From NCBI GenBank assembly GCA_030699685.1, contig JAUYLJ010000027.1:12601-76600 (forward strand): a stretch of 64,000 bases of DNA, written 5' to 3'. Both the position numbers and the translations under genes were made by a program. Source of the stretch: a bacterium. GTDB taxonomy: Bacteria > Patescibacteriota > Patescibacteriia > JAHIZJ01. The first letter of the stretch is position 1, and each line of letters opens with the position of its first letter. Below the pieces are notes generated by a model. The model worked only from the letters and a program-made list of their open reading frames with translations. It ran no database searches and was not told the DNA's origin. Below, in pieces: positions 8,509 to 17,967 of the stretch.

Positions 8509-10248
8509 TTACCCGAGCTTTTTGGCTTTGGCAATGATTTCATGAGGGAAAAAATGAGCGCCGTCGTATTTGAGGAAAACATCGTCCACTTTAATCCCGG
8601 TAGCGCCTCTCAGGAGCTCGGCAAACTGGCCTGTGGCGTTATTCTCGATCGCCACAAGCTTGCGCGCTCCGCTAACCGCGGTTTTCATCACCTTTTCAGA
8701 GATCGGCCACGGCGCGGATACATGAAGGTAATTCACGTTCTTCAACTCTTTCAGCGCTTCGAGCATCGGACCTTTTGTTGAGCCCCAACCGATGAAGGTC
8801 AGAGCGGCTTTTTTCGGTCCAATCAGCATCGGCTTCGGCAATTCCGCGTGGATACGCGACACCTTGCGAAAGCGTTTGTCTACCTGGCGGACGCGCTCAG
8901 GACCCTGGAACCCTTCGATAGTATACCCGCGCTCGTCATGCTCATCGCTGTTGGCCAGGAAAATCCCGTTGAGTTGACCGGGTACCGCTCGCGGGGAAAT
9001 GCCAGAGGTAGTGTGCAAATACCGCTTGTATTCCTTTATCTTAGTCAGTTGCGCGTCAGTCAGTCTGGCGCCGCGATCGACTGTAAATTTCTGGGTGATC
9101 GGAGCGATGGATTCGTGCGCCTCTGAGATATACTTATCGAGCAATAAAATAACTGGTATCTGATACTTTTCCGCGAGATTAAACGCCAATCCCGTCAACG
9201 GAAAGGCTTCAGACGCGTCGCCGGGTGCCAGGATCACTCTGGGAAACTCGCCATGACCGGCCCGACTGACATAGGCCAGATCACCCTGCTCGGTCCAGGT
9301 CGGCAAACCAGTGGCCGGACCAGGACGCTGCGACTCCACCAGAACCAACGGATTTTCAGTAACCGCCGTTAAAGACAGCGCTTCATTCATCAGCGCGAAG
9401 CCCCCTCCAGATGTCGCGGTCATCGTGCGTACGCCGGCAAACATCCCGCCGATGGCCATGTGAATGCCCGCGATCTCATCCTCTGGTTGAAAGACAAGCA
9501 TCCCCGTTTCATCAGCCCAGTTCATCATGTTGTGGAGAATAGAGGAAGAAGGGGTCATCGGGTAGGCCACGAAAAATTGACAACCAGCTGCCACCGCGCC
9601 GAGAGCCACTGTGTCATTAGCAGTAACCAGTATTTGAGAGCCGCGCTTCTTGGCCGGAGTCAGGGTAAAAGGAAAAGCCGCCGGATCAAATTCTTTCTGG
9701 GCATAGTGATAGCCGAAATCAAAAGCCTTCAGGTTCATCGCCACCACCTCTTGGCCTTTGGCGCTGAAAACTTCCTGGAGCGTGCGCTTGACGATATCCG
9801 GGTCATATTTCAGAAGGGCGGTAGTGGCGCCAATCGCTAATATATTGGCCGCGATTGGTTTTACCCCGGCAGACTCACTGAGTGTTTTAAGCGGCAACGG
9901 AAAGACTTTCCTGCCACGGACATTTTTCGCCTCAACCTTGAACTTGTCACTATCGTAAAGTATCGCGCCGCCAGGCACCACATCAGATAAACAGTATTCG
10001 TAGGCTTCTTTGGTCAGGGCGATCAATAGTTGATTTGGCTGATAGATGGCCGAGACCGGCGAAGTGGAAATACTCAGGCGATAGGTGACAAACTCACCGC
10101 GAATGAGCGATGGATACTCAGAGCTATCGAACGTGTAAAGGCCACCGCGAGCGCACGCTTTGGCAAAAATAAGTCCGGCCACCTGCTGACCGCCACCGGC
10201 GATACCGGCGATTTTCCATGTCAGTACTTGTTCAGAATCTTTCGGCAT
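8509..10248 (-). CDS. 2-oxoacid:ferredoxin oxidoreductase alpha (gamma-alpha fusion) subunit
   Basis: YPMTPSS, EDEIAG, TSGGGF and RPGPATGLPT motifs. Confidence 0.95.
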   Translation of the reverse strand: MPKDSEQVLTWKIAGIAGGGQQVAGLIFAKACARGGLYTFDSSEYPSLIRGEFVTYRLSISTSPVSAIYQPNQLLIALTKEAYEYCLSDVVPGGAILYDSDKFKVEAKNVRGRKVFPLPLKTLSESAGVKPIAANILAIGATTALLKYDPDIVKRTLQEVFSAKGQEVVAMNLKAFDFGYHYAQKEFDPAAFPFTLTPAKKRGSQILVTANDTVALGAVAAGCQFFVAYPMTPSSSILHNMMNWADETGMLVFQPEDEIAGIHMAIGGMFAGVRTMTATSGGGFALMNEALSLTAVTENPLVLVESQRPGPATGLPTWTEQGDLAYVSRAGHGEFPRVILAPGDASEAFPLTGLAFNLAEKYQIPVILLLDKYISEAHESIAPITQKFTVDRGARLTDAQLTKIKEYKRYLHTTSGISPRAVPGQLNGIFLANSDEHDERGYTIEGFQGPERVRQVDKRFRKVSRIHAELPKPMLIGPKKAALTFIGWGSTKGPMLEALKELKNVNYLHVSAPWPISEKVMKTAVSGARKLVAIENNATGQFAELLRGATGIKVDDVFLKYDGAHFFPHEIIAKAKKLG

Positions 10249-10369
10249 GCTGACAGTATATCAGGAATTGCCCGTTGTACCAAACGCGGGTACCGCTGTT
10301 GATTTCCGGGCTCATTCATGATACCGTGCGAAATGCGGATGCCTAAAAACCTGACTTTCAATACGTCCC

Positions 10370-10750
10370 ATGGCAGCGAAAATTGTTCGAATACAATACA
10401 ATAAACTTATTCGCGACAAGGTGCCTGACAACATCAAGACAAAGGGCTTTGATGCCAAGACGCGCCGCCTGACCCTGAAGGAATTCAAGAAGGAACTGCT
10501 AAAAAAAGTCGGCGAAGAGGCCAGCGCTCTTCCCGGGCTAACTAGAAAATCTGAAATTATTGACGAGCTAGCCGACACGATAGACGTGATCGAAGAAATA
10601 CTGAGAACGTTTAAAATTTCCAAAAGAGAGATCGCCGTCGCCCAGAAAAAAGCAATGAAAAAGAAGGGTGGTTTCAAAAAACGAATCTATCTGTATTGGT
10701 CCGAGGACAGCGGATACCGGACGAACGAGCGGCGCTATGTAAATAAATAG
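10370..10750 (+). CDS. MazG-like nucleoside triphosphate pyrophosphohydrolase
   Basis: YNKLIRDKVP, KVGEEA, ELADTIDVI and KKGGF motifs. Confidence 0.85.
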   Translation: MAAKIVRIQYNKLIRDKVPDNIKTKGFDAKTRRLTLKEFKKELLKKVGEEASALPGLTRKSEIIDELADTIDVIEEILRTFKISKREIAVAQKKAMKKKGGFKKRIYLYWSEDSGYRTNERRYVNK

Positions 10751-10760
10751 TTGTCTAGAT

Positions 10761-12155
10761 ATGGGAGAACGACGATACGCGCAATCACTTGGAGATCAGG
10801 AACATATCCAGCGGGATATTGAAGATTCAGGCAACGCGCATGATGATGAAACGGCCCCAACCATCAGTACGCAGAAAGCTCCAGACTATAGCTCAAACAC
10901 CCCGCCTAATCCTGAACTACAACCGGCTGACATAGAAAGTTTGCGTCGCAAGGAAGCGGAACATACGCAAAGCGGCGAGGAATTTGATCAATTACTTGAG
11001 TACGATTATTATCAATTTGCGCGGAAACATCGCAAGCTGGATACAGTTTTTCATCCGGTTGTTGCACTCAGAAAAATACGAAAAAATCCGCCCTCGGAAC
11101 GTCAGAACGCTCTGAGAGAGTATAAGTGGAATCTCGCGACTCAGCGCCAAGCCTGGGCACAATGCCGATCGTTTTTGGAACGCGCCATTGAACACGAACA
11201 CGATGTCAGTGGGAGTGATTTGGAAGATATCGTAGAATGGTTTGCCGCAGATTTCGGATTTGACTCTGAGGCCAAAAACCAAGCATACGACCTGATCAGG
11301 TGGTACATCAATACCCGGCATAAAGTTATGGAAGTGTATTCGGAATATTCTAACAACCGCGAGCTGGTACAAGTGGTGACCGGAACGGATCCGGGTGACG
11401 ATACTGACCTGAGCGTATCTCCTGGACCCATGTCAATCGACATCGTCACCAATCAAGAGACCGCCAGTCGAATTTTTAATCACTCAGAAAACCCCGTGAC
11501 GGGTTTTAAATCACTTGGTTTTGCGGCCACTTCAAACGACGCAATTCCCTATACCGTAATCGCTTGGGACCGTCACGTTAGGAAAAACTTTCAGGACACT
11601 GAATCACATCTGGCAGACACGCGGCGGCATGAACATGAGCATGTGAAAAATTCATTATTCCTGAGGATCTTTGAGCGAAAGTATAATTCTGACGAATGCG
11701 ACAAACTCTATCGCCAATACCGGCAGGAAAGTGACAAAACCGTGAAGCACGAGCTGCTTGCCCCCCTGTTCTCCACAATATTGGAAGAAGCTTACGCGGA
11801 AGTAAAAAATGAGGTAACCGCATCTTTGCAGGAGCGAACCGCGCGGGAGCTGCGAGCTGACGCGGAGTATATGTTTTTCCGTGAACCGGGTGGTTCGTAT
11901 GACTTTTTAGAATATTGGAAAAATATAAAGCAGGAACAAAATAACACTGATTGGCAAAACGACACCAAGCGTCTTTTAATACAAGAATACGCCCAAACGG
12001 TCCGAAGAGCACTTGATGCTGTTGTTGATTTAGTGGAAGCCGGGGGCTACTCGGAAAAAGAAGCGGTAGCACTGTTGACCGACAAAAAGCTCCCTGAGTG
12101 GGGGAAAACAGTCGCCCGTTTACTGGATACAAAAAACAAAAAACGAAGTGTCTAA
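10761..12155 (+). CDS. hypothetical protein with HExxH motif
   Basis: 464-aa ORF; RHEHEH plus downstream NEVTA. Confidence 0.7.
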   Translation: MGERRYAQSLGDQEHIQRDIEDSGNAHDDETAPTISTQKAPDYSSNTPPNPELQPADIESLRRKEAEHTQSGEEFDQLLEYDYYQFARKHRKLDTVFHPVVALRKIRKNPPSERQNALREYKWNLATQRQAWAQCRSFLERAIEHEHDVSGSDLEDIVEWFAADFGFDSEAKNQAYDLIRWYINTRHKVMEVYSEYSNNRELVQVVTGTDPGDDTDLSVSPGPMSIDIVTNQETASRIFNHSENPVTGFKSLGFAATSNDAIPYTVIAWDRHVRKNFQDTESHLADTRRHEHEHVKNSLFLRIFERKYNSDECDKLYRQYRQESDKTVKHELLAPLFSTILEEAYAEVKNEVTASLQERTARELRADAEYMFFREPGGSYDFLEYWKNIKQEQNNTDWQNDTKRLLIQEYAQTVRRALDAVVDLVEAGGYSEKEAVALLTDKKLPEWGKTVARLLDTKNKKRSV

Positions 12156-12240
12156 ACATGTTTTTTCACGCCGGGATAACCCTTGCTTTTTGATAATAGA
12201 AATGGTATCGAGAGAAGGAATCATGGTTCATTTCTTCCGA

Positions 12241-12312
12241 GCGGGTGTCGTATAATGGTTATTATGGCTCCCTTCCAAGGAGCAGAAGCCGGTTCGATTC
12301 CGGTCACCCGCT
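12241..12312 (+). tRNA. tRNA-Gly(TCC)
   Basis: Acceptor GCGGGTG/CACCCGC, anticodon arm GCTCC-CT-TCC-AA-GGAGC, GGTTCGATTCC; CCA not encoded. Confidence 0.95.
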
Positions 12313-12359
12313 CAGAGGGAATGAAATACATTAATGTTTTGGCCGGAAAATATTCAACA

Positions 12360-13331
12360 ATGAAAATACGGATTTTCGAAATACGTACCCTCCTAGAATC
12401 CAAGTTGAAAAAACTCGGATTCACGGCCAGTGAGTCAAAAATCATCGCGGACGAATACATTCAAGGAGAGCTCAAAGGAAAATCTTCTCACGGGATTTTT
12501 ACGTTTATTCGCGTTTATGAAAAAATTAAACGCCGCCAGCGAGGCCGCTACAAAATCATAATCAACAAAGCCGCTTACGCTTATATTGAGGGCAATAAAG
12601 ATATTGGACAAATTGTGGCCGACAAGGCAATCCGCTTAGCGATCAGCAAAGCGAAGAAAAGAGGTGTAGCGATGGTCGGCGGTGGAAATATTCAGGCATT
12701 TCTCCGGCCAGCCACCTGGGCCGAGATCGCTGCCAGGGAAAACATGGTCGCGTTGTGTTTTAATTTTGGCGGCGGACCACTTATGGCTCCAACTGGCGCG
12801 CGGGAAGCTATCCTGTCCACCAATCCAATCGGAATTGGCATCCCATACAAGCCCTATCCTTTCGTTATTGACATGGCCACGTCCAATAGAGCTTTTTATA
12901 ACGTACGCCTGGCTCGGAAATTGAACACAACAATCCCTAAAGACTGGGGTATTGACCGATGGGGCAAGCCAACGGCTGACCCGAACAAACTCGTGGCCGT
13001 CTTGCCTTTTGGCGGATACAAAGGCTATGCCCTGGCTCTGGCTCTTGAAATATTGACCGGACCGCTCGTCAAAACCAGAGTGGGCCGACGATCTGATGCC
13101 ATGCGCGGCTTTCTTTTTATTGTTATCGATCCGAAAGTATTCACGACGCGGAAAGAGTTTGACCGTGACATTCGCGCTCTGATTCGAGATGTTAAAACCG
13201 CGAAGAAAATCAAAGGCGTAAAAAATATTCTTATTCCGGGTGAACGAGCGTTCCAAACCGAGCAAGAAAGATTAAAAAGCGGCTTTTTTGACCTGGACGA
13301 ACGCGTTATTAACGAGATTCGTGTATTATAG
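12360..13331 (+). CDS. Ldh_2-family (malate/L-lactate/sulfolactate) NAD(P)-dependent oxidoreductase
   Basis: GKSSHG, STNPIGIG, DMATS, GGYKGYAL and IPGE motifs; the ORF-track start at 12183 runs through a tRNA. Confidence 0.9.
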   Translation: MKIRIFEIRTLLESKLKKLGFTASESKIIADEYIQGELKGKSSHGIFTFIRVYEKIKRRQRGRYKIIINKAAYAYIEGNKDIGQIVADKAIRLAISKAKKRGVAMVGGGNIQAFLRPATWAEIAARENMVALCFNFGGGPLMAPTGAREAILSTNPIGIGIPYKPYPFVIDMATSNRAFYNVRLARKLNTTIPKDWGIDRWGKPTADPNKLVAVLPFGGYKGYALALALEILTGPLVKTRVGRRSDAMRGFLFIVIDPKVFTTRKEFDRDIRALIRDVKTAKKIKGVKNILIPGERAFQTEQERLKSGFFDLDERVINEIRVL

Positions 13332-13337
13332 CTTCTA

Positions 13338-13457
13338 ATGGCTGATCCCATCCAGCTCCAAGTCGACGTCAAAGCGTTCATCCACTCGGAGGGAATGGGC
13401 AGAGAGTTGTTGGATTTAATTAGTACAGAGAATGCGGTAAACATCTTTGAACAATGA
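13338..13457 (+). pseudogene. relic 5' end of a NUDIX gene (MADPIQLQVDVKAFIH...)
   Basis: 13350-13383 matches 14058-14091 at 30/34 nt. Confidence 0.6.
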
Positions 13458-13981
13458 GAAAATACGGTTTTCTCTATATACTCCCGATTATCGTGGTCAT
13501 ATTTATTGGACTTTTGCTTTTTATTCCCGTTATTTACTCAGTATCATTTACACCCTCTGCTCTAAAAGGGGATCTTTTAAGAATATTCGATTCAACTACA
13601 GTTGAGATTAAACACGTTGAATTTCAGGTCGGCACAGAAGGTGGCGGCGCCGGTTTAAGTGGCGCTTCCTTGGAACAGGCGATATCTGAAATAGAGGATC
13701 ACTGGTTAGAGGTAAATGCAGAATTTACACATGCCCAGTCACGAGACGAAATGGAAGAGTTTTATGGTCAGGAGGCAACTGAAAGGTTTTTTAATGAGTT
13801 GGAACATAACAGAACGCTAGCAGAAAACGAAGGTCTACGATATCCAAAAGCCCATGTTCAGGGAAATCTATTTACACTTATACGTCTAGTATATAACCAT
13901 TCACAAGTTTCCTTTGTTACTTTTGATGTCTGCCGAAATATTTTAATTAGAGTATTGCCGCTTCAATCATGCGGATCGTAA
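13454..13981 (+). CDS. hypothetical membrane-anchored protein (AT-rich)
   Basis: N-terminal TM helix, 175 aa. Confidence 0.7.
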   Translation: MRKYGFLYILPIIVVIFIGLLLFIPVIYSVSFTPSALKGDLLRIFDSTTVEIKHVEFQVGTEGGGAGLSGASLEQAISEIEDHWLEVNAEFTHAQSRDEMEEFYGQEATERFFNELEHNRTLAENEGLRYPKAHVQGNLFTLIRLVYNHSQVSFVTFDVCRNILIRVLPLQSCGS

Positions 13982-14039
13982 TGTTCATCAGATTGTGTAA
14001 AATCATAGGTTGAGGTAGAAAGTAATAAATAACATTTCA

Positions 14040-14468
14040 ATGGACACATCAAATACAATCCAACTCCAAGTCGGCGTTAAAGCGTTTATCCGACGGGCAG
14101 ACGGAAAATTTCTTCTATTGAAGCGCGCCGAGGCTTTTGAGGGTGAAACAGAACCGCGCTGGGATATTCCGGGCGGGCGGATTGAGCCTGGTGAGCCGAT
14201 CCGTCAGGCGCTGGAACGCGAAATCAAAGAGGAAACCGGATTAACGCTTGATAGCGTCCAAGCCGTGCTCGAAGCCCAAGACATCCTGAGAGTTTCGGGT
14301 CGTCACGTGGTTCGCATCACTTTTCTGGCTACAATCAAAGACGGTGAGATGAAGCTGGATCCCGTCGAACACTCCGACGCACGTTGGGTCACCCTGGCGG
14401 AATTGAATCAATTGCATCACGATATGTATCTCGACCCGGTGATCAGCCATCCTTTGTTGGTAAAATAA
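14040..14468 (+). CDS. NUDIX hydrolase
   Basis: GGRIEPGEPIRQALEREIKEETGL Nudix box. Confidence 0.95.
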   Translation: MDTSNTIQLQVGVKAFIRRADGKFLLLKRAEAFEGETEPRWDIPGGRIEPGEPIRQALEREIKEETGLTLDSVQAVLEAQDILRVSGRHVVRITFLATIKDGEMKLDPVEHSDARWVTLAELNQLHHDMYLDPVISHPLLVK

Positions 14469-14574
14469 GAGGCTATGCGCTTGTCCCTGGGCTTATCTCC
14501 TGATCAACGCCCTCTTATACCATAGGGTCGCAAAACAACGCAAGCCAAATTGAAATGGCTTTTTTCTTCGTCAC

Positions 14575-14583
14575 TTATCCACA
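14575..14583 (+). promoter_or_regulatory. DnaA box upstream of the nrdJ promoter
   Basis: Perfect TTATCCACA about 50 nt upstream of the -35. Confidence 0.5.
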
Positions 14584-14635
14584 TGTCGTTTCTCGTCTTG
14601 CTGTTTTTCGCTAATCTGCTAGGGTCTTTGAGTAT

Positions 14636-14664
14636 TTGATAGAAGCGGTGATTGCGGGTATACT
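14636..14664 (+). promoter_or_regulatory. nrdJ promoter
   Basis: TTGATA-17-TATACT. Confidence 0.65.
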
Positions 14665-14671
14665 AGGGAAA

Positions 14672-14856
14672 CCGAAACACCATACGACAGGCCGGGGAGA
14701 GTCAAACCGCGGCTGACCCCCTGTCGCACGGCCAGCGGCCCATTCAATGAAGACCAGGACCGGCCACGAGCCTCCATCGGGAACGGTACATCACCCATTG
14801 AGGTTTTTTTGTCACCTCACAAGCCCTGGAATCCGACAACTCCAGATGGTTTCGGC
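14672..14856 (+). ncRNA. candidate structured 5' leader RNA of nrdJ
   Basis: Closing stem CCGAAAcaCCAT/ATGGTTTCGG encloses several hairpins. Confidence 0.4.
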
Positions 14857-14896
14857 CCCCCATCGACCATAATCTTTCATCCTAATCCAAAAACTC

Positions 14897-17359
14897 ATGA
14901 GCACCACACGCAATCAGAGTGAAACCACAGACAAGACTGATTTCGCCACCGCTTGGGATAAGGGCAGTGTTATTATTCCGGAAAAATTTCAAGCTTCGCA
15001 AAATTCGCTAGAGGTGTTTACCCGTCGTTACGCTTCAATCAAAAAGGACGGCACGAAAGAAACCCCCGAGGAAATGTGCCGACGGGTTGCCCACGCTCTG
15101 GCAATCGTGGAAACGGATTATGGCAAAACTCCCGACCAGATCAAACAAATTGAAGTGGAGTTTTATGGAATTTTGATGCGGAAAGAGTTTACACCGGCCG
15201 GCCGGACGCTCACCAACGCCGGAACGGAATTTCCCATTGTAGCCAACTGCATCGTTCTCAACATCCAGGATTCGATGGACAGTATTTTCACCACGCTGCG
15301 GGACGCGTCGTTGCTTCAGCAGGCCGGATCGGGACTCGGCTTTCCACTTCATCTGATGCGGCCGGCCGGATCCAATACCAAACGATCGCAGGGTCAAGCC
15401 TCCGGTCCCATTTCCTTTCTGAAAGTATACAACCAGTCTTTCGGCGTCATCAAACAGCAGAATCGCCATGGCGCTAATATGGCCGTCATGAGAGTTGATC
15501 ATCCCGACATTCTCGAATTTATCCATTGCAAAGAAAAAGAAGGCGAGATTAAGAATTTCAACATCTCAGTTGGGCTAACCAATGAATTCATGCGCGCCGT
15601 GGAACGAAACGACGGCGAACCGTGGTATTGCCAATGGAAAGACGAAAAGATAAAGCCTCGCCACATCACCCGCGACGGAGGAGAAACCGCCATCCAGGTC
15701 ACAGAGGTAACGATGACGGCCCGCGAGCTGTTTGACGAAATCATCGACGCCGCCTGGGGCAACGGAGAACCCGGCTGCGTCTTCCTGGACGCCGTCAATG
15801 ACACGAACCCCATCCCCGGACTGGGACGAATCGAGGCCTGCAACCCCTGTGGCGAGCAATTCCTGCACGACAGCGACGTGTGCAATCTTGGTTCAATCAA
15901 TCTGGAGCAATTTGTCACTGAAGAAAAGCGGATTGATACGGCCCGCTTGAAAGAAGTAACGCGCGCGTCAGTGCGCATGCTTGACAATGTCATCGATATC
16001 TCCAATTTTCCAGCCGAACGCGTCAACACGACCGCCCGAAACAACCGACGGGTTGGACTGGGCGTGATGGGATTTGCCGATATGCTGTATCAGATGGGTG
16101 TCGGCTACAACACCGAGGAAGGTCGGCAGGCCGCCGAGACCGCCATGGGGACGATTCAGGAAGCGGCCCATCAAATGTCCGAAGAACTGGCGGAGGAAAA
16201 AGGAGTTTTCAAAAATTACGATAAGAGCGTTTTCATCCAGCAAGGCCGCAAAATGCGTAACGCCGCGCTGACTACCGTCGCGCCGACCGGAACCATCTCC
16301 ATGCTCCTCGACGTGTCAGGCGGAGTTGAACCGTATTTCGCCCTGGCCTACCACTACAAAGGAATTCTGGGAGGCAATGTCCAACTTCACTACGTCAACA
16401 AGCATCTGGAAAAAGCGCTGAAAGACCGGGGACTGTACTCCGAAAAACTCATGGAACGGATCATTAAATCCGGCACGCTCCAGGACATTGATGAAGTTCC
16501 TGAGGATATAAAACAGACCTTCGTCGTAGCTATGGACATTTCGGCCGAAGACCATATCAAGATGCAAGCCGCTTTCCAGCGCCATGTCGATAACTCCATC
16601 TCTAAGACAATCAACTTCCCGAATTCAGCGACCAAACAGGACGTGATGGACGGCTACCTCCTGGCCTGGCGCTTGGGATGCAAAGGTTCGACTGTCTATC
16701 GCGATGGTTCACGCGAATTCCAAATACTGAATCTGAACGACGAAAAAAAGAAGAAAGCCGCTGAAGAGACGGACACTCAGACTAGCGATGAAGCAAGCCG
16801 GCCGACTATTAGCCCGCGCTCCCGCCCCACCGCGCTCCAGGGGGTCACGTACAAAATCAATACCGCTTATGGCAACCTTTACATCACCATCAACGATGAC
16901 GAGGCTGGGCTGCCATTTGAGGTCTTTGCCACGATCGGAAAAACCGGCGGCTTTTTCGCCGCGCAATCCGAAGCAATTTGCCGGCTCATCTCCTTATCGC
17001 TTCGCTCAGGAATCGACATTGCCGAAATGATAGAGCAGTTGAAAGGAATCCGCGGCCCCGATCCAAGCTGGTATGACGGCGGCCAAATTCATTCCCTTGG
17101 CGACGCCATCGCCCAGGTGCTCGAAAAGCACATCAAACGAGATCAGCTCCAGCTCGGCTTGACTAAAGATGAAAATAATAGCCCAGGAACAACTACCGCT
17201 CAGACCGAAACCGTGACTAAAATGGAAGTGAAGACTTCGAAGCGAATTTCCATTTCTGACACCGGTTACGCTCCAGTTTGTCCGGATTGCCACGGTAACC
17301 TCACCTTTGCCGAAGGCTGCATGAGCTGCAAAGCCTGCGGTTTCTCAAAGTGCGGGTAG
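14897..17359 (+). CDS. nrdJ: class II (adenosylcobalamin-dependent) ribonucleotide reductase with TSCPD and Zn-ribbon domains
   Basis: ANC, NPCGEQ, CNLGSIN, APTGTIS, TVYRDGSR; C-terminal CPDC..CMSCKACGFSKC. Confidence 0.95.
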   Translation: MSTTRNQSETTDKTDFATAWDKGSVIIPEKFQASQNSLEVFTRRYASIKKDGTKETPEEMCRRVAHALAIVETDYGKTPDQIKQIEVEFYGILMRKEFTPAGRTLTNAGTEFPIVANCIVLNIQDSMDSIFTTLRDASLLQQAGSGLGFPLHLMRPAGSNTKRSQGQASGPISFLKVYNQSFGVIKQQNRHGANMAVMRVDHPDILEFIHCKEKEGEIKNFNISVGLTNEFMRAVERNDGEPWYCQWKDEKIKPRHITRDGGETAIQVTEVTMTARELFDEIIDAAWGNGEPGCVFLDAVNDTNPIPGLGRIEACNPCGEQFLHDSDVCNLGSINLEQFVTEEKRIDTARLKEVTRASVRMLDNVIDISNFPAERVNTTARNNRRVGLGVMGFADMLYQMGVGYNTEEGRQAAETAMGTIQEAAHQMSEELAEEKGVFKNYDKSVFIQQGRKMRNAALTTVAPTGTISMLLDVSGGVEPYFALAYHYKGILGGNVQLHYVNKHLEKALKDRGLYSEKLMERIIKSGTLQDIDEVPEDIKQTFVVAMDISAEDHIKMQAAFQRHVDNSISKTINFPNSATKQDVMDGYLLAWRLGCKGSTVYRDGSREFQILNLNDEKKKKAAEETDTQTSDEASRPTISPRSRPTALQGVTYKINTAYGNLYITINDDEAGLPFEVFATIGKTGGFFAAQSEAICRLISLSLRSGIDIAEMIEQLKGIRGPDPSWYDGGQIHSLGDAIAQVLEKHIKRDQLQLGLTKDENNSPGTTTAQTETVTKMEVKTSKRISISDTGYAPVCPDCHGNLTFAEGCMSCKACGFSKCG

Positions 17360-17387
17360 ATTCGAAAAGACCGCTCTCCCTCCGGCC

Positions 17388-17966
17388 ATGAAGAAATTTC
17401 ATCGTCGCAAATTTAAGAAGCCAAGCACGGCACCTGCCCCTCGCGGGCTGGTGCTGTGGTATTATGGCGATGGAAAAGGCAAGACCACGGCTGCCATCGG
17501 CGTAGCCGTGAGAGCGCGTGGAGCAGGATTACGGGTATGCGTGGTTCAATTCATGAAAACCGCGAAATGGCTTTCACACGAACGGCAATCGCTCAAGATT
17601 TTGGGCATACCGGTCAAAATCCTGGGCTCGGGTTTCGTAGGGATTCTTGATGATAAGTCCACCGAAGCTGAGCACAAAAAACAAGCGCTGCTCGCTTTGG
17701 CGGAAACAAAAAAACTCCTTCTCTTGGGAAAGTATGATTTGATCGTGGCGGATGAAATAGGCAGCGCGGTGGATGAGAAACTGCTCAAGGTTTCGGACCT
17801 CGTCAGGCTGGTCAAATCTAAACCGAAGAAAACACACCTCGTCCTAACTGGTCATACGACGTATCCGACGCTCGAAAAGGTCTGTGATTTGATCACGCTC
17901 ATGAAGAATAAGAAACATCCTTTCTATACTGAAGGAATGTTGGCTCAGCGCGGCGTCGATTTCTGA
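17388..17966 (+). CDS. btuR: cob(I)alamin adenosyltransferase (BtuR/CobO family)
   Basis: YGDGKGKTTAAIG, VQFMK, DEI, LTG, KHPF and AQRGVDF motifs. Confidence 0.9.
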   Translation: MKKFHRRKFKKPSTAPAPRGLVLWYYGDGKGKTTAAIGVAVRARGAGLRVCVVQFMKTAKWLSHERQSLKILGIPVKILGSGFVGILDDKSTEAEHKKQALLALAETKKLLLLGKYDLIVADEIGSAVDEKLLKVSDLVRLVKSKPKKTHLVLTGHTTYPTLEKVCDLITLMKNKKHPFYTEGMLAQRGVDF

Positions 17967-17967
17967 A

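Noticed and set aside
12183-12359. N-terminal extension of the Ldh_2 ORF; likewise 19671-19718 and ORFs 20456-20767, 31321-31617, 43700-44122
   Set aside because: These are read-throughs of tRNA genes
14665-14780. Canonical cobalamin riboswitch call upstream of nrdJ
   Set aside because: GGGAA is present but the T-loop and B12-box consensus could not be matched; kept only as a candidate structured leader
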